64,000 nucleotides of DNA, from NCBI GenBank assembly GCA_026396275.1, contig JAPLXC010000002.1, positions 74,922-138,921 on the forward strand, given 5' to 3'. The notes under the pieces are model-generated. The model ran no database searches. It saw only the letters and a list, made by a program, of their open reading frames with translations, and had not been told where the DNA came from. This document shows, piece after piece, positions 55,491 through 64,000 of this stretch. The stretch is from Candidatus Moraniibacteriota bacterium (GTDB taxonomy: Bacteria; Patescibacteriota; Minisyncoccia; Moranbacterales; JAPLXC01). Position 1 is the stretch's first letter. Each line of letters opens with the position of its first letter. The position numbers and the translations under genes are program-made.

Positions 55491-57476
55491 GTGCAGAAGA
55501 AAATAAAAAATAAAAGTGGTATTTTTTACAAAAGGCAACTTTTTAAAATGTTAGCTTTTTTGGCGTTTGCCTTTTTTTTGCTAAATCTTCGTCTTAGTTT
55601 AGAAATGGATTTTTCCGGCAAAAACGAGGGATACTTATATACAGTATCTTTTACAAAAACTTTAGGCCAGGGACTTTCTGGTCCCCTTGTAGTAGATCCA
55701 AATTCTGAACTATGGAAAGGCGATAACTGGAAAAAGTGGGAAAATGTTAACAAGGATCTACAGAAGAAATTAAAATCATACGAAGCACCCTGTGGACCTA
55801 CCGACATCGGCTGTTGGTTTAAACAGTTGCTTTACTCGGTATTTCGCGTTGTAGCTTTGTTTTTGGGAATTGCTGGTGTCTTGTTTGGTTGGGTAATAAA
55901 GCCGGATAACGTTTATCTTGTTCTTAGAGATAATGAAGCGATTTATGCTGGCTGGAAAGCAGTTCGTGACTTTTTAAATTTAACTTTCATTTTAGTTTTG
56001 CTTTTCAGTGCTTTTTGTACCATATTTCAAGTTGAAAAATATAATCTCAAAAAAATACTTCTCACTCTAGTAATAATGGCACTACTGGTTAATTTTAGTT
56101 TTCCTATCGCTCGCTTTATCATTGATGTTTCTAATGTCACTTTTTACTTTATCATTAACAATGCATTCAGTGGTGGCAACGGTGAAGGAATTTTCACTTC
56201 TTTTGCTAATTACTCCGAGCTTGTTGGCATTCTTACAGCTAAACAGGCAGGGCAAGCCGACTTTTGGTATCTCATTATGATAATTATCTTTACCTTTATT
56301 TTAATGATCACACTTTTTGTTATTGCTATTCTTTTTATAATTCGATTAGCAGTTCTCGCCATCCTCATTATTCTTTCTCCCGTTGGCTTTGTAGCTGCGA
56401 TCTTCCCCTCAACCAAACACTATGCTGATGAATGGTGGGAATCACTTTTTAAATACTCTTTTTTCGCCCCTATAATGGGCTTTGCAATGTATCTTTCCCT
56501 GAGAGTTTTAGAGGCAATGAAACAAAAAGGTATAGATATTAGTTTTCTTAAAGAGGCACAAAAAAATGTTAGTGGAGATATTGATCCCAATATGTTTGGC
56601 AAAATGGCATTCTTTGCTATCCCCGTTATAATGCTCTGGGTAGGCATAATTGCCTCTACAAAATTGGCCGGCGGAGCTGGAAACTGGGTGGCTGGGCAAG
56701 CTAAAAAATTCGCCGGGTGGGCGAGAAGACAACCCTGGCGAGGAACAAAGGCGCTGGTAGGTGCAACAGGAATTCCGGGAGGGGCCAAACAAGCATGGAG
56801 TCAATTCAGGAGAACGGGAAAATTATTTGGCAAACAAACGCCTATATACCGCGGTTCTGAAAGCAGAGCCGAGTCGGAAGCCAAATGGGCGACCCGTTTT
56901 GGTGTTAGGGGGGCGAGGGAACAAGATATTAAAAGAAGAGCGGAGGAAATGAAAAAGAATAATGTAAGTGTTACGGAGCGAAAAGATTTGGCGGCAAGGG
57001 GAAATGCAGCAGCTGTTTATAGCTTGGCTGATGATAAATTGATAGATCAAGAAACTTACGATAAGTTTTTGGCAGCGAATAAGGATAAAGATATTCATGA
57101 AACCCTTGACTTTAAGTTGAAGCAAACTAGGACAGACCTTATTGCAATTAGAAAATCTGGGGACCAAGAGGAGATACAGAAAGTTCAGAATGCCAATCCA
57201 AACTGGAATATCAATCAGGTTATGGATCACATTGTCCGCCAGGAGATGGGCAAAATGAACGCTGAAAAATGGTCCGATCAAGATTGGGATAAAATACTTG
57301 CTCCTCCTCCCCAAGGTGCTACTCCTACACAGGTTCAGGACTGGCAAAGAAAAATTGCGGCAACCCAATGGACATTTTCTCCTCAAAATATGACTGCATC
57401 AGCACAAAGCGAAATTAGAAAACGGATAAATCCAAATAAAAAAGCCGCGCTTAATGCGCAAAACATACCAGTCTAA
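55491..57476 (+). CDS. VirB6/TrbL-like polytopic membrane protein
   Basis: GWKAVRDFLN, LLVNFSFPIARFIID, IRLAVLAILIILSP, WWESLFKYSFFAP. Confidence 0.72.
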   Translation: MQKKIKNKSGIFYKRQLFKMLAFLAFAFFLLNLRLSLEMDFSGKNEGYLYTVSFTKTLGQGLSGPLVVDPNSELWKGDNWKKWENVNKDLQKKLKSYEAPCGPTDIGCWFKQLLYSVFRVVALFLGIAGVLFGWVIKPDNVYLVLRDNEAIYAGWKAVRDFLNLTFILVLLFSAFCTIFQVEKYNLKKILLTLVIMALLVNFSFPIARFIIDVSNVTFYFIINNAFSGGNGEGIFTSFANYSELVGILTAKQAGQADFWYLIMIIIFTFILMITLFVIAILFIIRLAVLAILIILSPVGFVAAIFPSTKHYADEWWESLFKYSFFAPIMGFAMYLSLRVLEAMKQKGIDISFLKEAQKNVSGDIDPNMFGKMAFFAIPVIMLWVGIIASTKLAGGAGNWVAGQAKKFAGWARRQPWRGTKALVGATGIPGGAKQAWSQFRRTGKLFGKQTPIYRGSESRAESEAKWATRFGVRGAREQDIKRRAEEMKKNNVSVTERKDLAARGNAAAVYSLADDKLIDQETYDKFLAANKDKDIHETLDFKLKQTRTDLIAIRKSGDQEEIQKVQNANPNWNINQVMDHIVRQEMGKMNAEKWSDQDWDKILAPPPQGATPTQVQDWQRKIAATQWTFSPQNMTASAQSEIRKRINPNKKAALNAQNIPV

Positions 57477-57487
57477 ATTCAAATTAC

Positions 57488-58513
57488 ATGAAGATACCTT
57501 TTATTAAACTTAATAGGGAAATACAAATGGAGTTTTGTACAATTCCAAGTGTTGTTTCTTCAACAAAAAATCCTGACGATGAGACAAGAGAAAATATAAT
57601 AAAGAGACATGAGAAATTTCTAAAACTACCTGAAGAAATAAAAGACAAACTTGTTTTCCAAGAAACCGGTAAAAGAATTCAAGAAATTGGACAAGCATCT
57701 AGTTTGCAATTGTTGCAACTGGCTGACATCGCCCGGGCGGTGAGGAATTATTATTTCGGTGAGCTGAAACTGGAAGACATGCCGGCGGTTTTAGCGAGGG
57801 AAATTGGGATTGATTTAAATAAAGCTCGGGAAATTGCCAATCAAGTTGTTCAGAAAATAATCAGGGATAAGTCATATATTAAAACCGCTGAGACGATTTC
57901 TCTTCCTCTCTCCCAAGCGCTCCAGAAATATCCCGCCTTGGGTGAGCAGTTGATTACGGTAAATCCCATTCGGCTCAAAATCCTTCCCACTCCCGTCCGC
58001 CCTTCGGCAAAAAACTGGATTACCGATTACCACGAAAAACTGGGCGTAGGAAAGCACGAGGTAATGGAGCGGGGAAATTATCTTTACCATAGCGAAAACA
58101 CCAAGCGCCTGACGCCGGGAGAAAGGCAGAAACTGGCAGTGATCTTGAAGTCGCTGGATGAAAATGAGCCGATTGCGGTGGACGCGGAGAAGCAGGAAAT
58201 TGTGTTCCCTCACCCCGAGACCCTCTCCCAAAGGGAGAGGGGGCAAGTTAACAAAGCTAATTCAGCTAATAAAGTTGGCTATCGTTTCTCCTCGCCCCAG
58301 AGGTTCGCGGTTGAGAAACAAGAACCAGCGCCGCCTCCCCAACGGCCTACGTCTCCTCCTGCGCCGCCAGAGGTACCACCAGCTTTTCACAAGCCGCCGC
58401 GGCATGAGCACCAGCCTTATCATATTTATCCTTTGGGATATCCAGAACCGCCCAGACCGCCCGAGAAGACAGAGCCGAAAATTGATGGAAACACAGTAGA
58501 TCTAAGAAATTAA
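57488..58513 (+). CDS. Hypothetical protein with Pro-rich tail
   Basis: Long ORF in operon; ends IDGNTVDLR. Confidence 0.7.
   Translation: MKIPFIKLNREIQMEFCTIPSVVSSTKNPDDETRENIIKRHEKFLKLPEEIKDKLVFQETGKRIQEIGQASSLQLLQLADIARAVRNYYFGELKLEDMPAVLAREIGIDLNKAREIANQVVQKIIRDKSYIKTAETISLPLSQALQKYPALGEQLITVNPIRLKILPTPVRPSAKNWITDYHEKLGVGKHEVMERGNYLYHSENTKRLTPGERQKLAVILKSLDENEPIAVDAEKQEIVFPHPETLSQRERGQVNKANSANKVGYRFSSPQRFAVEKQEPAPPPQRPTSPPAPPEVPPAFHKPPRHEHQPYHIYPLGYPEPPRPPEKTEPKIDGNTVDLRN
58207..58243. repeat. CCCTCACCCC-CCCTCTCCC-aaa-GGGAGAGGG palindromic element, in frame
   Basis: Perfect 9-bp stem; translates as PHPETLSQRERG. Confidence 0.65.
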
Positions 58514-58566
58514 CCTAATTTCTAGTTTTTAATTTTAAAAATCCAAATTGTTTCAAAATCCAAATT

Positions 58567-58950
58567 ATGCCAAATCAAATCCAAAACCCAAAGGCAAAAA
58601 AGAGTTATGACTTGGAAGAGAGAACGGCAAAATTTGGAGAAAACGTGATTGGATTTGTCCGCACCCTGCCAAAAGATCCGGTAAATGTTCCCTTGATAAA
58701 CCAGGCAGTTAGATCAGCTACAAGCATTGGAGCTAATTATATGGAAGCAGATGGCGCGGAATCAGGGAAAGATTTTAGACATAAAATCGCGATTTGTAAG
58801 AAAGAAGCCAAAGAATCAATGCACTGGCTAAGAATGATTGCCAAAGCCAATGCCGGAAAAAAAGACGAGTGCAGAAAACTTTGGAAGGAAGCTCATGAAT
58901 TAGCCCTCATCTTTTCAGCTATTTTACGGACAGCTGGTAAGAAAAAGTGA
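58567..58950 (+). CDS. Four-helix-bundle protein (23S rRNA IVP / bAvd-like family)
   Basis: DLEERT, QAVRSATSIGANYMEA, KKEAKES..WL motifs. Confidence 0.9.
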   Translation: MPNQIQNPKAKKSYDLEERTAKFGENVIGFVRTLPKDPVNVPLINQAVRSATSIGANYMEADGAESGKDFRHKIAICKKEAKESMHWLRMIAKANAGKKDECRKLWKEAHELALIFSAILRTAGKKK

Positions 58951-59015
58951 TTTTAATATTTGAGCATTTGAAATTGATTTGGAACAATTTGAACTTTGGT
59001 ATTTGGATTTACAAG

Positions 59016-59342
59016 ATGCTTAATAATCTAGTTAAAATTAGTGTTTGGAAACGTGATTTCTGCTTCATAATTCCATTTGTAGCTGTTGCTAATGCTGGTG
59101 TAATCACCGACGCTCCCACGGTGGCGGAAGTCCTTTACAAAGCCCTCCAGTTTCTTTTGTCGGTTTTCGGATTTCTTGCTATAATAGGACTGGTAATTTC
59201 CGGAGTTCTTTACCTTACCGCGGCGGGCGATCAAAGAAGAATTGAAAAAGCTAAGAAAGCGTTTTATTATTCAATTGTAGGAATTGTAATAGCGCTGGGA
59301 GGATGGGTAACTATTAAAACGGTTATTTCATTAACGGGTTAA
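59016..59342 (+). CDS. VirB2/TrbC-like pilin
   Basis: TM-YLTAAGDQRRIEKAKK-TM. Confidence 0.75.
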   Translation: MLNNLVKISVWKRDFCFIIPFVAVANAGVITDAPTVAEVLYKALQFLLSVFGFLAIIGLVISGVLYLTAAGDQRRIEKAKKAFYYSIVGIVIALGGWVTIKTVISLTG

Positions 59343-59422
59343 TGAGTTAAGTTTTTTCAGCCCGTTGGCTCGTGAACTCGTTAACTGAAAAATAAATAAT
59401 AAAGATAGAAAGGCGGTGAGTT

Positions 59423-59782
59423 ATGAAAACAAAAATCAAAAGAATCGGCTATAGCATAGCGTCGGCTGCGGTTTTAGCGGCTCCGCTGGTGGTGCTGGCT
59501 CAATTTGACCGTCCAGGCGGAACCAACCTTCCCGAGGGAAGAATGTTTGATATTGTCACCAACGCGATGATGTGGCTCTTAGCAATCGTCGGAATCATCG
59601 GCGTTATCGGTTTTGCCATTGCTGGAATTTTGTACCTCACGGCGGCGGGGGACGAGACCCGAATTGAAAAAGCCAAGTCGGCAATGCTGATGTCAATCAT
59701 TGGAGTAGTAGTAGCGCTGGTAGGACTGGTGATTATGCGGGCGGTACAGACCTGGCTGGGAGGAAGCGCGAGCCGGTTTTAA
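59423..59782 (+). CDS. VirB2/TrbC-like pilin
   Basis: Signal peptide; TM-YLTAAGDETRIEKAK-TM. Confidence 0.8.
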   Translation: MKTKIKRIGYSIASAAVLAAPLVVLAQFDRPGGTNLPEGRMFDIVTNAMMWLLAIVGIIGVIGFAIAGILYLTAAGDETRIEKAKSAMLMSIIGVVVALVGLVIMRAVQTWLGGSASRF

Positions 59783-59960
59783 GCTGCTGCGCAAGAAGCA
59801 AGTGCCAATTTACGAATATTTTTTAAATTTTGGAAATTAACGGATTAAAGGATTAACGAATTATCTCAATTCGTTAATTCGTTGACTTGTTAATAAATAA
59901 TAAAGTTTCAACCTCTTTCAATTCCGCTTCGGCGGGGAAGAGGCCAAATCTTTTGGAAAT

Positions 59961-60320
59961 ATGAGAAAAATAAAAAAACAAATCTTAATTTCCTTTTCAG
60001 CCCTGCTGTCTCTTGCTCCTCTGGCAGCTATCGCCCAGTGGGATCCAGCCAATTACAGCACTACCAATCTCCCGGCCGGAAGGGTCTATGATATTATCTT
60101 CAATATCCTGTTTTGGCTCTTGGCGATTTTTGGAGCCGTCGGCATTATCGGTTTTGTGATTTCCGGAATACTTTATTTAACAGCTGCGGGAAATGAAGAG
60201 CAGATCACTAAAGCCAAGTCGGCAATGAAATGGTCGCTGGTGGGAGTGGTAGTGGGGCTGGCGGGATTGGTTATTCTTCGGGCGGCAACTACCGCTCTTG
60301 GAGGATTTTTCTATTTTTAG
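59961..60320 (+). CDS. VirB2/TrbC-like pilin
   Basis: Signal peptide; TM-YLTAAGNEEQITKAK-TM. Confidence 0.8.
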   Translation: MRKIKKQILISFSALLSLAPLAAIAQWDPANYSTTNLPAGRVYDIIFNILFWLLAIFGAVGIIGFVISGILYLTAAGNEEQITKAKSAMKWSLVGVVVGLAGLVILRAATTALGGFFYF

Positions 60321-60335
60321 AATTATTTTGAAGAA

Positions 60336-60818
60336 ATGAAAAAAACCAAAATACTTATTTTACTAGCTTTAGGAGTTATTCTGCTTTTAAGTGCGAGTGT
60401 TTCTAACGGTCAACAGTGTCCTGAGGGCTACACGTGGGACCCGGAAGGGCAGCAGTGTATACTGACTGGTAGCCCCGGACCAGGTCCAGGACCTTCGCCA
60501 ACTGGAACTTGTCCTAATGGTTTTGAAAAAAAAGCGGGCGTGTGTTTCCCAACCAACACCGGGCTTTCCGATACACCGGTAGCAGATATTATCGAGAATT
60601 TCCTGATGTGGCTCTTGGGAATCTTTGGATTTATCGCCATCATTGCTTTCATAATTTCCGGTATCCAATATCTTACTTCAGCTGGTGAAGAGAAAGCGAT
60701 TGAAACCGCCAAGCGCAATATGAAATGGTCAATCGTCGGAGTGATTATAGCGCTGGCGGGATTTGTTATTATTTTGGCAGTTGATGCGGCCTTAAAAGCA
60801 TCATCGACATATTTTTAG
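60336..60818 (+). CDS. VirB2/TrbC-like pilin with Cys/Pro-rich N-terminal extension
   Basis: CPEGYTWD...C, PGPGPGP, CPNGF...C; YLTSAGEEKAIETAK. Confidence 0.78.
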   Translation: MKKTKILILLALGVILLLSASVSNGQQCPEGYTWDPEGQQCILTGSPGPGPGPSPTGTCPNGFEKKAGVCFPTNTGLSDTPVADIIENFLMWLLGIFGFIAIIAFIISGIQYLTSAGEEKAIETAKRNMKWSIVGVIIALAGFVIILAVDAALKASSTYF

Positions 60819-60842
60819 TTACTTTTAATAAACAAAAACAAA

Positions 60843-60872
60843 GAGAGGCACAGTTTGTTAGCTGTGCCTCTT
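60843..60872. terminator. Bidirectional terminator between convergent genes
   Basis: GAGGCACAG-loop-CTGTGCCTC. Confidence 0.6.
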
Positions 60873-60878
60873 GATTTT

Positions 60879-61538
60879 TTAAGCGATTTTTTTGATTTTC
60901 ACGAAAAATCCTCCCCGGTTTTTCGTGAAATTGTCCGGATTGTCTTGAGTATTGTTGATACTTAAGTACAAATCCGTTTTTTCCGTTATGGTAATTGACT
61001 CCCTCCAGCCGATGGGAATTATTTTGCCATTAACTTTGGCAATTAGATATCCCACCAGCTTGTCAGTAGCAGGAAAAGTATACTGGAGCGGAGAGATCCA
61101 GGGATTTCCCATGGCGTCTCTTGCACCATGGGGCTTAATTTTCCAAGGGTAAGTTCTACCACCATTGGAAAATATTTGCTCATATTCCCCGCTGGCATCC
61201 AGTTCATATTGTCCTACTTCCAGCTCCAGTTTTTTCTGCCACCCTTTGTCTGTGTGGCTCCACTGGCTCGGAGAAAAAATTATTGTTTTTTCCCAAGTTC
61301 TTATAACTGGCGGAGGCGGAGTGACGGGAGCAGGAGCAAAAGCCGGAGCAGAAGCAACTGGTGCTGGAGTTTGTAAATTTGTTTGTTTCACTTCGGCGGG
61401 CGGCTTTGGCCATGACCACAAGGTTCTTATACCTGGAGAGAAGTGGAAATAGAAAGCGAGAAATATTGTGATTAAACTGACTAGTAGAATAACCACAGCT
61501 TTAACATTTCCACTATTGCCGTTTAAGATTCTGTTCAT
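60879..61538 (-). CDS. Membrane-anchored hypothetical protein
   Basis: N-terminal TM, Pro/Ala linker, beta-rich domain. Confidence 0.7.
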   Translation of the reverse strand: MNRILNGNSGNVKAVVILLVSLITIFLAFYFHFSPGIRTLWSWPKPPAEVKQTNLQTPAPVASAPAFAPAPVTPPPPVIRTWEKTIIFSPSQWSHTDKGWQKKLELEVGQYELDASGEYEQIFSNGGRTYPWKIKPHGARDAMGNPWISPLQYTFPATDKLVGYLIAKVNGKIIPIGWRESITITEKTDLYLSINNTQDNPDNFTKNRGGFFVKIKKIA

Positions 61539-61544
61539 TTTCTA

Positions 61545-63074
61545 TCACCTCCTGCTCCGAGATCTGGCTCTAGGCTTGGCTTTAGGCTTAAAGAGCTTTT
61601 CAAGAGCAGAGGACAGCACTTCATTCAAGCCGGGAATGTTGTATATTTTTTCCTCTTTGCTGGGGGTCATTTTTCCCCTCGTTGCCAGTATGTAATCAGC
61701 AAATTCTTTGTCGGCAAGATACGGCAGTTGTTCTTTTAAGAGTTGGAGGACTTTCTTGGTTGTCGCGTATTCGGTTACAATTGCTTCCTGTTTATATTTC
61801 ATGGTAACCTTCGCATCGCGAGCTACTTTCGCCTTTTCGTCAAGCGTCGGGTTATACAGCCGGGACCCGATGATATTTATGTGGAAATCTTTTTCCAGCC
61901 CAGTTCTTTCTCTTCCGGTTTCTTTTTTGTCTCCAACTTCAACCGGCACCTTTTTAACTTCAGAACAAGCTTTCTCTAGGTTATTAAGGTTGCCTTTTAT
62001 CACTTCAATCCATTCCTTACTTTTGGAACTTTTTTCCAGCGGAAGGTCAGCAAATGAAAGCCTTAATTCATTGATATCTTTTGAAATTTGTTTTGCAGTG
62101 GCGGTGCCCGGAGAGCTTAATATTTCCTGCGACCTGATAATCAACTCTTGAATGAGTTCTGCTGCCAAATTCAACCGCCTATTCTGGGATTCAACCAACT
62201 TGTCCCTTTCTTTTTCGGAATCAATCTTTGTGCGCTTGATTAATTCTTTCTCACTCTTTTCCTTGTTCTCAGTGGCTGTTTCAAGACGCTTGATCAATTC
62301 CTCAAGTATTTGTTTTTTCCCCTCGAGGTCGGCGATTTTGCGGCGGTTTATTCCAAGTCTCCCGAGGAGTATTTCGGTGCGTGAACCCGTAAGTTCCGTC
62401 CGCAGTTGCTCGCTCAAAGATCTTTGCTCGGTGATTACTTCGTCAGTAGTTCTGTCTCCAGTTTCGGACTGGAATAACTCCTGAACCCCGGATGCTAAAG
62501 CATTTTTTAATTCCACTTCCACTATGAGGAAGTCTTTCAATTCAGGCGGGTATATTGTGTAGAAAACGGTGTTCGTGAGCGTAATGCTTCCATCCATAGT
62601 CAGATAATCCTCTGTAACATCAAAACGCTTGACTTCTATAGATTTGGTGCTTATCTTGTCCGTGGGAAGGGTGATAATTATTCCTTCCGTTCCAACCTCA
62701 TCCGTCCTCCCGGTAAATTTGTCAATCAGCAGGCTGACCTCAAGAGGATTAACCCAGCGGATAATTCTTTTCCCCAAAAGTTCATAGAGAGCGTAAATCA
62801 GTCCGCAAAAAGCGATGAAAAGAAAAATTTTACCCCACCAGCCTAATACCAACATTCCCATAGTGAACACGGCTGCTAAAAATATGAATAAGGCTGTCAC
62901 TGTCCAGCGGAAAATTTTCCACTCGAGCTTTCTAATTCCCCTTACATCCTCTTTTGCCCTTAAGTTTAGGATTTTTTGGAATATGTTATCCCCTTTTTCT
63001 TTTTTTGAAACCCTGACCAATAAAATCTTTTTAAGAAAAGTACCGAATTTAGTAAAGTGCCTTAAAATGTTCAT
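61545..63074 (-). CDS. SPFH/band-7-like membrane protein with long coiled-coil insertion
   Basis: Two TMs, then a stomatin-like region (EGIIITLP...LTMDG...), then coiled coil. Confidence 0.55.
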   Translation of the reverse strand: MNILRHFTKFGTFLKKILLVRVSKKEKGDNIFQKILNLRAKEDVRGIRKLEWKIFRWTVTALFIFLAAVFTMGMLVLGWWGKIFLFIAFCGLIYALYELLGKRIIRWVNPLEVSLLIDKFTGRTDEVGTEGIIITLPTDKISTKSIEVKRFDVTEDYLTMDGSITLTNTVFYTIYPPELKDFLIVEVELKNALASGVQELFQSETGDRTTDEVITEQRSLSEQLRTELTGSRTEILLGRLGINRRKIADLEGKKQILEELIKRLETATENKEKSEKELIKRTKIDSEKERDKLVESQNRRLNLAAELIQELIIRSQEILSSPGTATAKQISKDINELRLSFADLPLEKSSKSKEWIEVIKGNLNNLEKACSEVKKVPVEVGDKKETGRERTGLEKDFHINIIGSRLYNPTLDEKAKVARDAKVTMKYKQEAIVTEYATTKKVLQLLKEQLPYLADKEFADYILATRGKMTPSKEEKIYNIPGLNEVLSSALEKLFKPKAKPRARSRSRR

Positions 63075-63313
63075 TTCTCCTTCTCCTTTCTTTCCTATCT
63101 TTTCTAAATTTTTATTTAATTTTTAAGGACCAAGAGCCCTTGTTTTTTACTTCAGACCCATTATCTGGTGTCCGAATGGCCTTTTAGTAGAGGCCGAATC
63201 GTTATCCACGATAACGCCTTATCCTAGTATAAAAGCAAAGAAAAGTCAAATGTTAAATTGTTAGGCGGCTATGCCATTAAATTGTTACATTGTCACATCA
63301 TTAAACTGTGAAG

Positions 63314-63342
63314 TTGACAAGTATGAATAGTGTTGCTAATAT
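63314..63342 (+). promoter_or_regulatory. Promoter upstream of nusA
   Basis: TTGACA-17 nt-TAATAT with TG extension. Confidence 0.55.
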
Positions 63343-63492
63343 GGCATTGTAATGATGTATTACGGAAGGTTCGCGGAAAGCGAATCTTCTTTGTTAAAAA
63401 GCTACTAATTACGAATTATGTACTAATATACTAATAACTAATTGATAATTCGTGTATTTGTACGTGATTAGTATTTAGTAGACAAAATAATT

Positions 63493-64000
63493 ATGGCAAG
63501 ATCAAAAAAGCTTAGTGATACACAAAGCCCAAGTGGGAAACTTGGCGAATTTGGCAGTGCAATTTTGCAGATTGCCGAAGAAAAAGGAATCTCCAAGGAC
63601 AAAGTAATTGAGACAATTGAAGCAGCCCTGTCCGCTGCCTATAAAAAGGACTACGGAAAAAGGGGCCAGCACATCCGGGCGGAATTCAACGAGGTTAGTG
63701 GCGAGGCAAAATTTTATTTAATCAAAGAAGTGGTGGATGAAACAACGCGCGAATTCCCCTCTCCTGAGGCAGCAGAAGAAAAAACAGAATCGGCCGCAGT
63801 CACTAAAAAAGCGGAAACGGAAAAGAAAACTGGAAAAAAGAAGGTGAGAAAAAAGAAAAGGCAGGTAAGAAAAAAACTGTTTCCACTGAAACTACTGCCG
63901 AAGAATCTGCCTCACCGGCCGGCGAGGAAAAAATCCCCCGTTATAATCCGGAAAGAGACATCCTTCTTGAAGAAGCGAAAAAACTAAACAAAAAAGCTAA
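63493..64000 (+). CDS. nusA: Transcription factor NusA, N-terminal part, apparently frameshifted, truncated by window end
   Basis: QIAEEKGISKDKVIETIEAALSAAYKKDYG; the -1 frame resumes ...PRYNPERDILLEEAKKLNKKA. Confidence 0.88.

Noticed and set aside
44950-58950. Diversity-generating retroelement (Avd-like protein plus a 123-bp repeat)
   Set aside because: There is no reverse transcriptase in the window. The repeat copies are both in frame in one gene and differ by a single T/C change, not adenine-specific mismatches.
1-64000. CRISPR array
   Set aside because: No run of constant repeats with unique, regularly sized spacers and no cas genes were seen.
1-64000. Alternative genetic code (UGA read as Gly, as in Gracilibacteria)
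   Set aside because: Conserved genes are full length under the standard code, and some ORFs end in TGA at expected positions.

Overview
This is a 64 kb chromosomal segment read in the standard genetic code. Gene content (VirB2-like pilin arrays, PrgI/VirB4/VirB6-like genes, ComM, short IF2, TrmB, a giant surface protein) suggests a Patescibacteria/CPR, probably Parcubacteria-like, bacterium; the taxonomy is inference. It carries housekeeping genes (cca, rluD, rplS, udg, nfo, nrnA, rbfA, infB, rsmA, pcrA, a Xer-type recombinase, nusA), a parS cluster, a 4152-aa surface protein and 13 intact tRNA genes. The main unexplained signal is nested 'matryoshka' tRNA loci. At six loci (Leu-TAG, Leu-GAG, Val-TAC, Phe-GAA, Gly-CCC, Ser-CGA) an intact tRNA lies inside a small palindromic element (4-nt foot such as TTTA/TTCA/CTTG/CCTG + CCCCG...CGGGG, or CCTGCC...CAGGCGGG). 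That element is itself inserted in an older, sequence-different tRNA gene with the same anticodon, up to three levels deep. Removing the elements in silico restores canonical cloverleaves in the best cases (Leu-GAG, middle Gly-CCC). The same and other miniature palindromes sit in frame inside proteins, split one parS site and interrupt a relic 3' end of the DHH gene. nusA is frameshifted in a region that contains an in-phase A-AAA-AAG motif.
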